Notes: a model not told the origin generated them from the letters alone. A stretch of 64,000 nucleotides of DNA from Spirochaetia bacterium (GCA_965140585.1 OZ223272.1:192001-256000); one strand, 5' to 3'; positions 9,428-20,220 are shown, counted from the first letter of the stretch. Program-made: numbers and translations.

Positions 9428-11659
9428 TTAGAGCTTCAGCTCGATCTTTGTAAACGCTTGCTCAACGGCGGCTTCAGGAGAGAGTTCACCTCTCACCGAT
9501 TTATGTATTGCCTCACCAAGGATAATTTCAAAATCTTTTTCTGATAGTTTTCCGTGTGTGGTGATTTTAGAGATATCTCTCTTTCTGCTCGTCTTAAAAC
9601 TCTCAAGAGCCTTGGGCAGCCATGGATAAATTGAGAGAAGCTCTGAACTCTTGTACAGAGATATTGAAGCAGTTGAACCGCCTAAAATAGTCTGAGGTAT
9701 AGCCAGCTCCTTGGAAACCGCCCATTTAATAAAATTAATAGCCTCATCTTTGTTTCCTGAATCTGAGTTGACCGCTATAGACCAGCCGCCGAGCATCGGA
9801 CATCCGCCGGGGATTATATCGTAACCAATTTTTCCTACAATATCGGAATCAGTCAAATCTGCAAGATCTGTAGCGTGGGCAATAAACAGAATCATCATTG
9901 CAGCATTTCCGGAAATAAACTCATGCACCTGTTCATCCCACCAGTAATCTGCAGAATCAGGATGAGCATACTTATAGCTTTCGGTATAAATCTTGAGGGC
10001 TTTGACTATTGCGGAACGGTCATGAGCCGCACGACCGCTTTTATCAAGAATCTCGCCCCCGTAAGCCCACATTCGAGGAAGGAATTCACATACAGCCCCG
10101 CTGTAAATTTTCCCACCAAGCGTTGTTCCATAAAGAACCGGTGATTCCGGATTTATACTTCGGGTAAAAAACTCCGAGATGAGATTATATTCTGCCCATG
10201 TCCTCGGGATATTAAGATCAAAACCATATTTTTCACGGAACATGAGTTTGTTTGAAGGGTCATCAAACAGGTCCCGCCTATAATACAGAAGCTGAGTTCC
10301 GAACATAAACGGCATTGCATAGATACCATCTTCATATTCAGAATATGCCGAAAGAACTCCCGGAATAAATGTTTCTGCTATGGGTTCAATATTCTCAATA
10401 TATCCGGAGAGATTAAGAAGAGCTCCGCTCTGAGCGAGTTCTGTCAGCCAGGGAATATCAACCTGAAATACATCATATTTTTTTCTAAGCTCAGGGTCAT
10501 TTATGATAGAAGAGAGCTCACTGTATTCGAAACTGTCAAACTCGAGCTCTACCCCGTATTTTTGCCTGAAATCCGGAATCAGACTCTTCAGAGCCCGGAA
10601 CGATGGACTGTTAAGCATTAGAATTTTCAGAGAGGTATTCTCCGAATTTTCTAAATGCCACATTTTACCTCTATTACCCTCTGCGGGCATATTTTTAATT
10701 GTAAGATGCTTCGAATCGAAGGCGGTGTTGCTTTCGATCTCCTCAAGCAGTAGTTCGGCAGCTTTTTCTCCAAGGGTAATCGGTCTTCTTGCAATCCTGA
10801 AAAAATCACCTACAGGAACTTCTGTCCAGTTTTCCTCTGACAGAGAATAAAGCAGCGGCAGCGAATCTTGCTCAACGGCCTGCATATCAAGAGCCTTAAT
10901 TACTCCGTGAACAAGAGGCGTCCCGGTACAAATAACAGCACCTGGAAGCGAATTTCTCTGCAGGTATTTAGTGAAATGTCTGAATGAGTTTTCCTTATTG
11001 TAATTTATTGAAAGTACAGCTGATTTAATATTTGCATTGCTTACTTCAGAACAGGCTTTCCTGTATGCATCAATACACTGATGTTCATTTGAATACTGTG
11101 AAGGACCTGTAATAAGTAATACATCTGTAATTCCATTTTCTATTATTTCGGAAGCTGTTCTGAAGATCGAACTGTAGTTATCAAACTCAACAAGATGGTA
11201 TTCACCGTCCTTGACTGCTCTTTCAATAAAGGTCAGCGCTGTACCTGATTCGGCAAGCTGCTCAAAAACCTGTGAATTTTCAGGCTGGCATGTAGAAATA
11301 ATCAGACCATCAGTTCGCAGATTGAGAATCCTCTCAATAACAGCGTTTTCCTTTGCAGGAATGTCAGAGGTTGTATACAGACTTACCGTATAGCCGTGCT
11401 GGGAAAGGACTCTTTCAACACCTGTAAATATAGCCGATTTAACAGGGTCAATTATATCCGGCAAAACCACACCAACGTTCATAGTTCTGCTGGTTTTCAG
11501 GCTTCGGGCAGCTTAATGGGGTTTGTAATTCAGCTTTTCTATTGCTTCCTGAACCCGCCGGACTTTCTCAGGATTAACAGCATTCCGTGCATTAAGCACA
11601 TTTGATACTGTTCCCAGTGATACTCCGGCCAGTTTTGCAACATCTTTTATAGTACTCAT
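9428..11659 (-). pseudogene. LacI-family regulator fused to a C-terminal family-1 solute-binding domain, interrupted by an in-frame TAA at 11513-11515
   Basis: MSTIKDVAKLAGVSLGTVSNVLN (ATG 11659)...YKPH*AARSLKTSRTMNVGVV continues in frame into the 684-aa ORF; the C-terminal half is SBP_bac_1-like (LYYRRDLF, P.TWAEY, GGWSIAV). Confidence 0.8.
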
Positions 11660-11690
11660 TCCTACACCATCGAAATTAATGAATCGTATT

Positions 11691-11735
11691 TTGAAACGTT
11701 TCAATTATTATGTGAGGACTTTCTCTTTATGTCAA
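11691..11735 (-). promoter_or_regulatory. Sigma70 promoter with an overlapping LacI-type operator
   Basis: TTGACA (11735-11730), 17 nt, CATAAT (11712-11707); perfect palindrome TTGAAACGTTTCAA at 11691-11704 with the central CG typical of LacI operators. Confidence 0.8.
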
Positions 11736-11843
11736 CAAAAATTTCACATTTACGTACATTTTTATACAAGAAGAAGAGGCGAGGGTGTCGTCTTTTTGGA
11801 ATAATTTAATTATTTTGCAATGAAAGGTACTGAATTATTGCAA

Positions 11844-12413
11844 TCAGCGTATTTTCTCAGCCAGCCAGGCAATATTTTCAGATAGTGCATTCATAACAGT
11901 TACAGCCTCGGTATCTTCTGCAAAATCACCTTCTGCTGTTGACAGGCTGACATTCCAGTAGGTCGAACCAGGCACAATCATTTCCTGAATTAAAAAGAAG
12001 TTATTTATAGAATGAAAGACATTCATGGTACCGGCCCTTCTTGCAGGACTTACAGAGGCTCCGATTTTCCTTCGAAGCAAACCCTGAGCTCGGCAGATTC
12101 GGCCGGCACGGTCAATAAGAGCCTTTGTTTCAGCAGTCATGGAAGAAAAATACGTAGGTGAACCGATCAGGACTACATCAGATTCGTCCATTTTACCAAT
12201 ACATTCATTAATACAGTCATCATTAAAAACACAGCGTTTCTCCGGATGAGTCTTACACCAGTCACACGCATTACATCCGCGGATAAGCCGGCCTCCAAGC
12301 TGGTAGAGTTCGGTCTCAAAACCCTTTCCTGCCAGATTAACAAGCACCTGATTAAGCATTGCTGCAGTATTTCCATTCTTCCTCGGGCTTCCATTAAACG
12401 CAGTGACTTTCAT
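11844..12413 (-). CDS. Iron-sulfur flavoprotein / NADPH-dependent FMN reductase family
   Basis: NGSPRKNGNT, CNACDWC...C cluster motif and GSPTYF. Confidence 0.9.
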   Translation of the reverse strand: MKVTAFNGSPRKNGNTAAMLNQVLVNLAGKGFETELYQLGGRLIRGCNACDWCKTHPEKRCVFNDDCINECIGKMDESDVVLIGSPTYFSSMTAETKALIDRAGRICRAQGLLRRKIGASVSPARRAGTMNVFHSINNFFLIQEMIVPGSTYWNVSLSTAEGDFAEDTEAVTVMNALSENIAWLAEKIR

Positions 12414-12423
12414 GAGTAATCTC

Positions 12424-14073
12424 CTAAATTAGCTGTTTAACCAGAAGAACCTGGTTTCCCTTTTTGTTATATTCCATCCGATCAAAAACGGCACTTGTCA
12501 TGAGAATTCCCCGTCCATGCAGAAGCCCCTGCTGGTTAACCTCATTCTTCACCCTCTCCATGATTTTAGCATAGTCAAATCCCTTCCCCATATCAGTTAT
12601 GCGGTAGATAACCTTCTTATCATCGAGAGAGTAGTCGATAATAACTTTCCGATCACGGCACTCGGGATTCAGTCTCTTTTCCTTCATAAAATCAAAAAGA
12701 CGTCCTTCTTCCTGAGCCCTTGTCTTCTCATCAAATGACACATCAAGATTACCGTGCTCCATTGCATTTACAATCATCTCCTGAAGTCCCATTTTCACCA
12801 TCATGATATCCGACTTTTCAAGGTATTTTTTCAGGTTGGATGTAAGCCGGTCAACAACATCACCTACCAGTACAACATAGTTATCGACTGTCAGCGACAG
12901 ACGCTCATTATCTATAAATCCGGACAGACTGGAACCTGACGCCGGCCAGGCCCTGCCGATCAGTTCCAAACTCTCAGCCTGGAAGCAGTCAAACCTGAAA
13001 TGATATTCAACCGGTTCAAATGTAACAGGATCCCGCAGGTAGGTATTAAACGAAGTCCGGCTCCCGGGATCCCTGAGGTTCATCAGCTGTTCATGAATAA
13101 ACTGGTTATTAATTTCCGATTCCACATCGGATTTATAGATACAGTTCAGAAAATTTACCGGGGCTTCTCCAAGCTCAAAAAGTTTCTCACCCTTCTGATT
13201 CGCGGAAATAATCTCAAGCTCAGGCGAAAGCGTAAATACTATTTCTTCAGCTACTTCAAGCAGCAGCTTGTACCGGCTTTCAGTAAGTCTCAGGCTTTGA
13301 TTGCTTTTCAGCAGTTTATTGTGAGTTGAAAAATAATCGATAAAAACAGCAGACAGGAAAAAAAGCATCATCAGCGTCGAACCAAAGGTGAATCTTGAAA
13401 AACGCAGACCATTAAAAATAAAGTTCCTTCCGGTGTAAAAATACTGGAGATCATCTATCCCTCCCAGCATTGAACAGACTATTCCAAGCATAAGCATAAG
13501 GCTCTTCAGTCGGCCCTTATCCTTTACGGTGTAGGAAATTGAATAAACCAGAGAGACTGCAATAAATGCGGCAAGAAAAATATCACGATACATATACATA
13601 GGGCCTTCAAGACCCCTTGTAAAATCACCCGGCGTCAGAGAGGGGGTAGTTGAAGCTTCGTTGATAGAAATCATCAAATCGGGTTTAATAAGAGTCAGAG
13701 CGGTAAAGAAAAGGCCCGAGGCTATTCCGAACCACATAAAAACTTTCAGAAATCCGTTCATTATCCCCTTGGCCGGAAATGATGTGTATAGAAAATAGGG
13801 AAGCAGGAAATAGAGTATAAAAATAGTAATCTGCTCATAGCGATGAAGGTATCGGCCCAAGACAGTATTTCCGTACCATCCCTGCACCATAATAAGGATT
13901 TCAAAAAGAACAAAAAAAGCAACATCAAGGGTCATCAGAGTTCCGGAGTAGAAGCTTTTCTCTCTCGTTCTGGCGTAGAAAAGTATATATACAACTGATG
14001 AAAGAAGAAGTACGGTTAAACAGCTAACAGAAACTGTTATTTGCAGCGCATCTCCAAGGGATCCTTTGAACAT
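12424..14073 (-). CDS. Membrane sensor: multi-TM N-terminus, PAS-like domain and RsbW-like HATPase domain
   Basis: About 7 hydrophobic segments; PAS-like (EIVFTLSPELEIISAN); N-box EMIVNAMEHGN, G1 DMGKGFD and G2 HGRGI; no recognisable HisKA H-box. Confidence 0.75.
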   Translation of the reverse strand: MFKGSLGDALQITVSVSCLTVLLLSSVVYILFYARTREKSFYSGTLMTLDVAFFVLFEILIMVQGWYGNTVLGRYLHRYEQITIFILYFLLPYFLYTSFPAKGIMNGFLKVFMWFGIASGLFFTALTLIKPDLMISINEASTTPSLTPGDFTRGLEGPMYMYRDIFLAAFIAVSLVYSISYTVKDKGRLKSLMLMLGIVCSMLGGIDDLQYFYTGRNFIFNGLRFSRFTFGSTLMMLFFLSAVFIDYFSTHNKLLKSNQSLRLTESRYKLLLEVAEEIVFTLSPELEIISANQKGEKLFELGEAPVNFLNCIYKSDVESEINNQFIHEQLMNLRDPGSRTSFNTYLRDPVTFEPVEYHFRFDCFQAESLELIGRAWPASGSSLSGFIDNERLSLTVDNYVVLVGDVVDRLTSNLKKYLEKSDIMMVKMGLQEMIVNAMEHGNLDVSFDEKTRAQEEGRLFDFMKEKRLNPECRDRKVIIDYSLDDKKVIYRITDMGKGFDYAKIMERVKNEVNQQGLLHGRGILMTSAVFDRMEYNKKGNQVLLVKQLI

Positions 14074-14141
14074 GTTTTATTCTCCTGAAAATTATACGAA
14101 ATGTATTTTTAAAACTAAACCCACAATGATATTATATCACA

Positions 14142-15476
14142 ATGAACCTTGAAAGCATATTGAAGACGGTAAAAGAAACCAAAGAACTTTTAATTGAAAA
14201 CGGAAGTATCAGCAAGTCAGCAAATCTGTTTAAAAAGCACTGGCCGGCTGCAATGGCCATGATCATTGCAGACAGCAATACATGGAATATTGCCGGAAAA
14301 TATGTATTCAGCAGGATGGAGGAAGCCGGAATTCTGCTGGCTGAACCTGTGATATATCCGGTTCCTCCAATGCTCCATGCCGATTATTCCCATGTCATGG
14401 AAATAGCAGCTTCAGCATCGGAGTCATCGGACTGCATACTGGTAGCCGTCGGATCAGGAACAGTTAATGATCTGGTTAAAAGAGCGTCTTTTGAACTTGG
14501 AAAAACATACTTCTGCATAGGGACAGCAGCGTCAATGGACGGCTACTGTTCCTCAGGTGCAGCCCTTGTTAAAAACGGCCGTAAGCAGACTCTGGAATGT
14601 CCGGCTCCGGCTGTAATTCTTGCTGATCCGGTGGTTCTGTCTACTGCCCCGCTTAAAGCTTCCGCGGCGGGATTCGGAGATCTGGCCAGCAAGATTACCG
14701 CTGGTGCAGACTGGATACTGGCTGATTTTACCGAAAATGATCCTATTGAACAGTTTGTGTGGGATATCGTACAGCCGAACCTTGACCGCTGGCTTTCGGA
14801 ACCTGAAAAAGCTGGAGCCGGAGACAGCGAAGCGCTTTCAAGAGTATTTGAGGGACTGAACTTCAGCGGACTGGCAATGCAGGTACTTGGACGCTCGAGG
14901 GCTGCATCAGGCGCCGAGCATATGTACAGCCATGTATGGGAAATGAGCGGTCATACAGGAGCAGACGGCAATCCGGTTTCGCACGGTTTTCAGGTATCAG
15001 TAGGTATCATGTGTGTTGCAGCCCTCTATGATGAAGTTTTCAAATTGGAGAGCTCCGATATTGATGTGACCCAAATATGTGCAGCCTACCCCTCACCGGA
15101 AATGAGGAAAAAAGAAGTCACGATGCTTATGAAGCACCTGCCTTCATGGGAGGAATATATCGATTTGAACAGGGCTAAATATACTCCGGAAACTGAAATT
15201 GAAAACAGACTGCAGAAGATAAAGAACAATTGGGACAGCCTACGGAGCAAAGTCAGGGCAAAGCTGCCGGATTACCCGACAATGAAGAAAATGCTGGAAG
15301 CAGCCGGATGCCCGGTCAGGCCGGAAGATATCAATCTGGATCGAAATAAGGCGGTAGACACATACTACAGTGCACAATGCCTGCGTAACCGCTATACAAT
15401 ACTCGATTTGGCCTGGGAGCTTGGAATACTGGAAACCTGCGTCGAGAGGATTAGAAATAACCCGGAATATCTTTAA
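14142..15476 (+). CDS. sn-glycerol-1-phosphate dehydrogenase (AraM/EgsA family)
   Basis: AVGSGTVNDLVK, TAASMDGY, AGFGDL..K..AGADW, ASGAEH..SH and HGFQV motifs. Confidence 0.88.
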   Translation: MNLESILKTVKETKELLIENGSISKSANLFKKHWPAAMAMIIADSNTWNIAGKYVFSRMEEAGILLAEPVIYPVPPMLHADYSHVMEIAASASESSDCILVAVGSGTVNDLVKRASFELGKTYFCIGTAASMDGYCSSGAALVKNGRKQTLECPAPAVILADPVVLSTAPLKASAAGFGDLASKITAGADWILADFTENDPIEQFVWDIVQPNLDRWLSEPEKAGAGDSEALSRVFEGLNFSGLAMQVLGRSRAASGAEHMYSHVWEMSGHTGADGNPVSHGFQVSVGIMCVAALYDEVFKLESSDIDVTQICAAYPSPEMRKKEVTMLMKHLPSWEEYIDLNRAKYTPETEIENRLQKIKNNWDSLRSKVRAKLPDYPTMKKMLEAAGCPVRPEDINLDRNKAVDTYYSAQCLRNRYTILDLAWELGILETCVERIRNNPEYL

Positions 15477-16153
15477 GTCCTGATAAACAGCTCACGGTTA
15501 ATCTCACTGAAATCAGAAATAAACTGACTGATCCCTGTGACCATTTTAAAATCATCATGATGGTGCTCCGCCGGACCCGAAATTATGAGATAGCCGGCAC
15601 CTGCTTTTGAAGCTGACAAAGCACCGTAGTATGTATCATCAACAACCACTGTCTCAGATGGAATCAACCCCAGCACCTGGGCAGCCTTTATATATATATC
15701 CGGCTCCGGTTTGTTTTTCACAGTACCGTCATTGCATTGAAACAGCTCAACATCAAACCACTTGTCCAGATTCAAAGACTCTATATAAAAGTTCAGATTT
15801 ATAGGATCCGAACCGGTAGCAATTGTTGCCGGGATTTTTGAATCATGTATAAAATTAAGAAAATCCTCAACTCCCGGTGCAAATCTGTATATCTCGGGAT
15901 GCTCAATACAGGCAGCCCTGTATGCCGATTCTTTCCTTTCAGAAAGTTCATAAAGTTCAGCACCCCTTATAGGCTTGTCAAACAGACGTGTAAGAATATC
16001 CTCGGTAGTTCTGCCGTGAATAGTATTAACGTAATCTTTTTCAGTTATCTTGATGCCGAAATCGGCACAGAACTTTATCCAGCCCTCCTGATGAAGAGGA
16101 GTATCCCACACAAGAGTTCCGTTAAAATCGAGAATCACACCTTTATATTTCAT
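15473..16153 (-). CDS. HAD-family phosphatase
   Basis: LDFNGTLV, KPEPDIY and VVDDT motifs. Confidence 0.88.
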   Translation of the reverse strand: MKYKGVILDFNGTLVWDTPLHQEGWIKFCADFGIKITEKDYVNTIHGRTTEDILTRLFDKPIRGAELYELSERKESAYRAACIEHPEIYRFAPGVEDFLNFIHDSKIPATIATGSDPINLNFYIESLNLDKWFDVELFQCNDGTVKNKPEPDIYIKAAQVLGLIPSETVVVDDTYYGALSASKAGAGYLIISGPAEHHHDDFKMVTGISQFISDFSEINRELFIRT

Positions 16154-16188
16154 GAACTGATATTAGCAGTTTAAGATGAAAGAATAAA

Positions 16189-16863
16189 TCAGTATGAGGA
16201 GTCTCCCCAGTCTATCTTTGCTTCTATTACTGATGCAAGAGCCTCCATGTCATCATCATTGTGATACAGAAGCGGAGCTGATTCTACAACAGTTTTATCT
16301 TCGCTGTTTTTAAAGAATACAGCCTTATGATGGGCGGACTCCAATGCCACGGTTTCACTGCCGAAAGGATCGGTGAGGCTAAGACTTCCATTACAGGCAC
16401 AGACATAGGTGTTATCAGCATCAAGAACCTTTACAAAGAATGATGTCCCGCGTACGCCGGCCGCAACACTCTCAGTTCTAACCTTGAAGTACTCGTCTTT
16501 GGTTAGCCTGGCAAGTTTATTGAACACGGCACCGAATGCGCCCTGCTTTATAAAAATTTCAGGATTTGATGTATCTATTTTAATTTCAGCAATGGTTGAT
16601 TCCATGACCTTGAAAACATTGCCCGATTCAAAAACAACTTCACAGTATGAAAACTCACCTGTAACAATCCGGGCACCATAGGGAATAGACATTCCTATTT
16701 CTGCAGGCCGACTGTTCACTTCAACATCTCCTTCAAGGTAAACAAGCTGTCCTTTTACCGGACCCTGGGGAGAAGAAACCTGAGTCTCAGCCTCTGCAGT
16801 TCCCGAGGCAAAGACTATAACCGGCAGAAGCATTATTGATAGTATGAAGATTATTTTTCTCAT
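16189..16863 (-). CDS. Secreted FecR-domain protein
   Basis: Signal peptide, GDVEV...IVTG..S.CEV and VRTESVAAGVRGTSF motif. Start taken at MRKII (16863); the ORF track starts at 16899. Confidence 0.75.
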   Translation of the reverse strand: MRKIIFILSIMLLPVIVFASGTAEAETQVSSPQGPVKGQLVYLEGDVEVNSRPAEIGMSIPYGARIVTGEFSYCEVVFESGNVFKVMESTIAEIKIDTSNPEIFIKQGAFGAVFNKLARLTKDEYFKVRTESVAAGVRGTSFFVKVLDADNTYVCACNGSLSLTDPFGSETVALESAHHKAVFFKNSEDKTVVESAPLLYHNDDDMEALASVIEAKIDWGDSSY

Positions 16864-16944
16864 AAAAACCTCACAGACATTTATTAGCTCACTTATCAAC
16901 TATAAACGCCAGGAGGTGATTTTACAAGTTATTCCCGTGAAGAT

Positions 16945-17727
16945 TCATTTCACAGGTTTAAAAACTGAACAGGGCACCCTGTTTTCAAGAATATCTGAAA
17001 TTGAATAATTTCCGTTTGCAATAATTGCAGGAATTCCTTTTTTTGTTATCATATCGGCGGCATGGACCTTGGAGAGCATTCCGCCAAGCCCGAGTTCACT
17101 TTTGCCGACAGCAGCCATTTTAAGAATTGAGTCATCAATTTTATCGACCGCAGTAATAAGTTCGGGCTTCTTACCCCCGGCATCGGCGGAATTAGGATTT
17201 CCGTCATAGAGCCCGTCAACATTTGTCAGAATAAGGGCTTTATCAACACCGGAAGCAATAGAAACAAAGGCTGCAAGGATATCATTATCTGTAAAGTTGC
17301 CTTCAGAATCAAACTCTTCTTTATTAGTCATGTCATTTTCGTTGATAATAGGAATCACGTCATCGTCCAGATAATGGTTGATGATCTCCTTGATGGTTTC
17401 AACCTCACCGGGATTGTCAAAATTATGGTGAGTAAGCAGCATCTGAGCAGTGAAAATGTATTTCTCTTTAAAAAGGTCCTTATAATACTTGCTAAGCCGG
17501 ACCTGCCCTATTCCGGACAGCATCTGAAGGCTGAGTGTATCGGAAGGGCGTTTTCGAATACTTTTAACTTCCATTCCGGCCGCAACAGCACCGGAGCTGA
17601 CGATTATAGGACGAACACCTTCCCTGTACAGAAAAGCCAGTTCATCAACCTTCTTCTTGAGCCAGTTATAGTCTATTCTGTTATCCCTGCTGATCAGGGC
17701 ACTTCCAATCTTAACAAGAAGCTTCAT
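16945..17727 (-). CDS. proB: Glutamate 5-kinase (short form, no PUA domain)
   Basis: VKIGSA, VSSGAVAAG, PIINEND, DNDILAA and GLGGMLSKV motifs. Confidence 0.93.
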   Translation of the reverse strand: MKLLVKIGSALISRDNRIDYNWLKKKVDELAFLYREGVRPIIVSSGAVAAGMEVKSIRKRPSDTLSLQMLSGIGQVRLSKYYKDLFKEKYIFTAQMLLTHHNFDNPGEVETIKEIINHYLDDDVIPIINENDMTNKEEFDSEGNFTDNDILAAFVSIASGVDKALILTNVDGLYDGNPNSADAGGKKPELITAVDKIDDSILKMAAVGKSELGLGGMLSKVHAADMITKKGIPAIIANGNYSISDILENRVPCSVFKPVK

Positions 17728-19001
17728 TATAAATCCTTATGGGTGAATTCCTTTTCACCATCCGCGTAGGGTTTAACACAGTGTCCGTCACCTGTGACAA
17801 AGTACTTGTAGATAGTAAGACCTTCAAGACCGACAGGTCCGCGGGAATGAATTTTACCGGTTGAGATTCCTACCTCAGCTCCGAAACCGTATCGGAATCC
17901 GTCAGCAAACCTGGTTGAACAGTTTTTCATAACCGAACTTGAATCTACGTTGGCCATAAAATATGCAGCATGGCTCTCATTGGTTGTGAGGATGCAGTCA
18001 GTATGGTGACTGCCGTGAGTATTGATAAAAACTACAGCATCTTCAAGGCTGTCGATAACCTTTACAGAAAGAATAAGCTCGTTATATTCGGTATCCCAGT
18101 CTTCGTCTGAAGCTGCTTCAACATCAATAAGCTTTCTGGTTTCCTCATCGCCAAGAAGTTGAACTTCCGGCATCTTTCCGGGAAGCTTTGGAATAATTTC
18201 AGAGGCCGAATCCTTATGAACAAGGAGAGTCTCAATTGCGTTGCACACTGCCGGGTATTGGCACTTTGCGTCTCTGATCAGGTCAAGGCTCTTTTCCATC
18301 TCAAAACTGCTGTCCACGAACATATGGCAGATTCCGTCGGAATGACCCATTACTGGGATTCGGGTATTCTTCATAATGTAGCGTACAAGCTGGTTTGATC
18401 CCCTTGGAATCATTAAATCGATGTACTGATCAAGAGCCAGCAGGGCGCTTATATCCTCACGGCTTTCTACCAGCATAATAGTATTTCTAAAAACAGAGTC
18501 AGTAGTCTCAACAGCCTCAACAATAACCGAAGAAAGAATCCTGTTTGAGTTCAGCGCCTCACTGCCGCCTTTCAAAATAACTGTATTACCTGATTTTACG
18601 CAAAGCCCTGCAATCTGAACAAGAGCGTCAGGACGTGATTCAAAAATAACTCCGATAAGCCCGATGGGAACGCTGACTCTTTTAAGAAGAAGGCCCTCAT
18701 CAAGTTCACGCTCCAGTGTGGGTTTACCGAGAGGATCGGGCAGTGATTCAAGTGATTCAAGACCGGCAGCCATCTGCTCAATCTTCTTCTCTGTAAGAGA
18801 TAGCCTCTTTACAAGGGCCTGTCCGAGACTGTTTTTCTCAGCCGCCTCAAGATCAAGCTTATTTGCTTCTATTATCTCTGCCGTTTTTGCTCTAAGTGCA
18901 GCGGCAATGTTCTTCAACGCCTTATTTCTAAGTTCACAGTCCGCAGCTGCAAGTCTGTATGATGATTCTTTTAATGCCTTTGTCTGTTCTATCAGGTTCA
19001 T
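17727..19001 (-). CDS. proA: Gamma-glutamyl phosphate reductase
   Basis: VPIGLIGVIFESRP, LKGGSEA, CNAIETLLV and RFADGFRYGFGAEVGISTGKIHSRGPVGL. Confidence 0.96.
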   Translation of the reverse strand: MNLIEQTKALKESSYRLAAADCELRNKALKNIAAALRAKTAEIIEANKLDLEAAEKNSLGQALVKRLSLTEKKIEQMAAGLESLESLPDPLGKPTLERELDEGLLLKRVSVPIGLIGVIFESRPDALVQIAGLCVKSGNTVILKGGSEALNSNRILSSVIVEAVETTDSVFRNTIMLVESREDISALLALDQYIDLMIPRGSNQLVRYIMKNTRIPVMGHSDGICHMFVDSSFEMEKSLDLIRDAKCQYPAVCNAIETLLVHKDSASEIIPKLPGKMPEVQLLGDEETRKLIDVEAASDEDWDTEYNELILSVKVIDSLEDAVVFINTHGSHHTDCILTTNESHAAYFMANVDSSSVMKNCSTRFADGFRYGFGAEVGISTGKIHSRGPVGLEGLTIYKYFVTGDGHCVKPYADGEKEFTHKDL

Positions 19002-19795
19002 TTTCCAAGCTCCATGCTTCTTTCGATTGTTCTTGCAACTGTTGCTGCAATCACTTCCTTATAATCTGAAGATTCCAAAATCTCCCGTCCTGCCACAGTA
19101 GTTCCGTTTGGAGAACTTACCATCTTAACCAGTTCTTCCGGGGTCATTTTTTTCTGCTGAAGAAGTGCTGCGGTCCCCTTCATTGTCTGTATTGCCAGCT
19201 CCGTAGACATTTCCGGGCTGAGCCCCCCTGCAACACCGGCCTCAATAAAAGCTTCCGCAATACGGGCAAAATATGCAGGACCTGAACCGGAAACCCCTGT
19301 AACAGTATCTATCAGCTCTTCCCTGACTTCAACCGCTGTTCCGGCTGCAGAAAGCAGCTTCTGTACAAGCTCAAGATCTTCAGCGGTCACAAGCTTTCCG
19401 GCGGTATAACCGGCAGCCATTTCACCGACAAGACAGGGTGTATTAGGCATAACCCTTACAATCCTTGCCTCAGGCATGGCTTTCTCATAGAAATCAAGTT
19501 TCAATCCTGCAGCTATGGTGATAAACAGTCCCCTGCTTTTTTCAAGCGGTTTGATAACATCTGCCATCATCTGAGGTTTTACAGAAAGAAAAACAGCATC
19601 ACAGCTGCCTGAAAGTGATTCAACAGAATCTGCCGGTTCAACGGATGAGAAACTGTCTTTAAAAAGTCTGATTCTTTCCTGGCTGATATCAAAAGGAACA
19701 ATCACAGCATCAGCGAATGATTCAGAAATCGCACCGGCGAGGGCAAAAGCCATATTTCCGGCACCTATAAAACCTGTTCGAAGCATAATAACCAC
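18998..19795 (-). CDS. proC: Pyrroline-5-carboxylate reductase
   Basis: GFIGAGNMA, VKPQ, RVMPNTP, SGSGPAY and SSPNGTT motifs. Confidence 0.95.
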   Translation of the reverse strand: MVIMLRTGFIGAGNMAFALAGAISESFADAVIVPFDISQERIRLFKDSFSSVEPADSVESLSGSCDAVFLSVKPQMMADVIKPLEKSRGLFITIAAGLKLDFYEKAMPEARIVRVMPNTPCLVGEMAAGYTAGKLVTAEDLELVQKLLSAAGTAVEVREELIDTVTGVSGSGPAYFARIAEAFIEAGVAGGLSPEMSTELAIQTMKGTAALLQQKKMTPEELVKMVSSPNGTTVAGREILESSDYKEVIAATVARTIERSMELGK

Positions 19796-19862
19796 CTGAG
19801 ATTAATTGTATTCAAAATGTAATATAAACAGAAAAGATTGTAAATGGCAGCAGTTTCAGAGC

Positions 19863-19908
19863 AAAAAAACGGAGACTGAACAGCGCATTCCTGCCCTGTA
19901 GTCTCCGT
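19863..19908 (-). terminator. Intrinsic terminator of the decayed ABC operon
   Basis: ACGGAGACT...AGTCTCCGT stem with a U-tract on the minus strand (AAAAAAA on plus). Confidence 0.6.
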
Positions 19909-19929
19909 GATATCAACTTAATTTCTAAA

Positions 19930-20220
19930 TCAGGCAGTTCGCTTCTTTGCTCTCTGAGCCGAAATATAATCAGTAAGAGTTGTTGTGCTTAGTGCGAAAA
20001 GCAGTACAAAACCCTTAATCATTATCTGAATATATTCACCGATTCCTACCATAACAAAGGTAGCCCCTATTGCCATGATACCTAGAGTTGAAACCTGCCT
20101 GAATATATTTATAACATTCGGAACAGTCAGAAATGTATCGCTGGAAACTGAAAACAAGAATACAACAACTATAAGGGCTATATAAATGCTGACACTCTGT
20201 AATTTAATTCCTTTTTTCAA
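19930..20220 (-). pseudogene. Monosaccharide ABC permease remnant with a large in-frame internal deletion
   Basis: RbsC N-terminus (FLTVPNVINIFRQVSTLGIMAIGATFV) joined directly to the C-terminus (GIGEYIQIMIKGFVLLFA); 96 aa versus about 320 aa for intact paralogues in this window. Confidence 0.85.

Noticed and set aside
14142-15476. Archaeal-type ether lipid synthesis implied by glycerol-1-phosphate dehydrogenase
   Set aside because: AraM-type enzymes are common in bacteria, and no GGGP synthase or related gene is present here.
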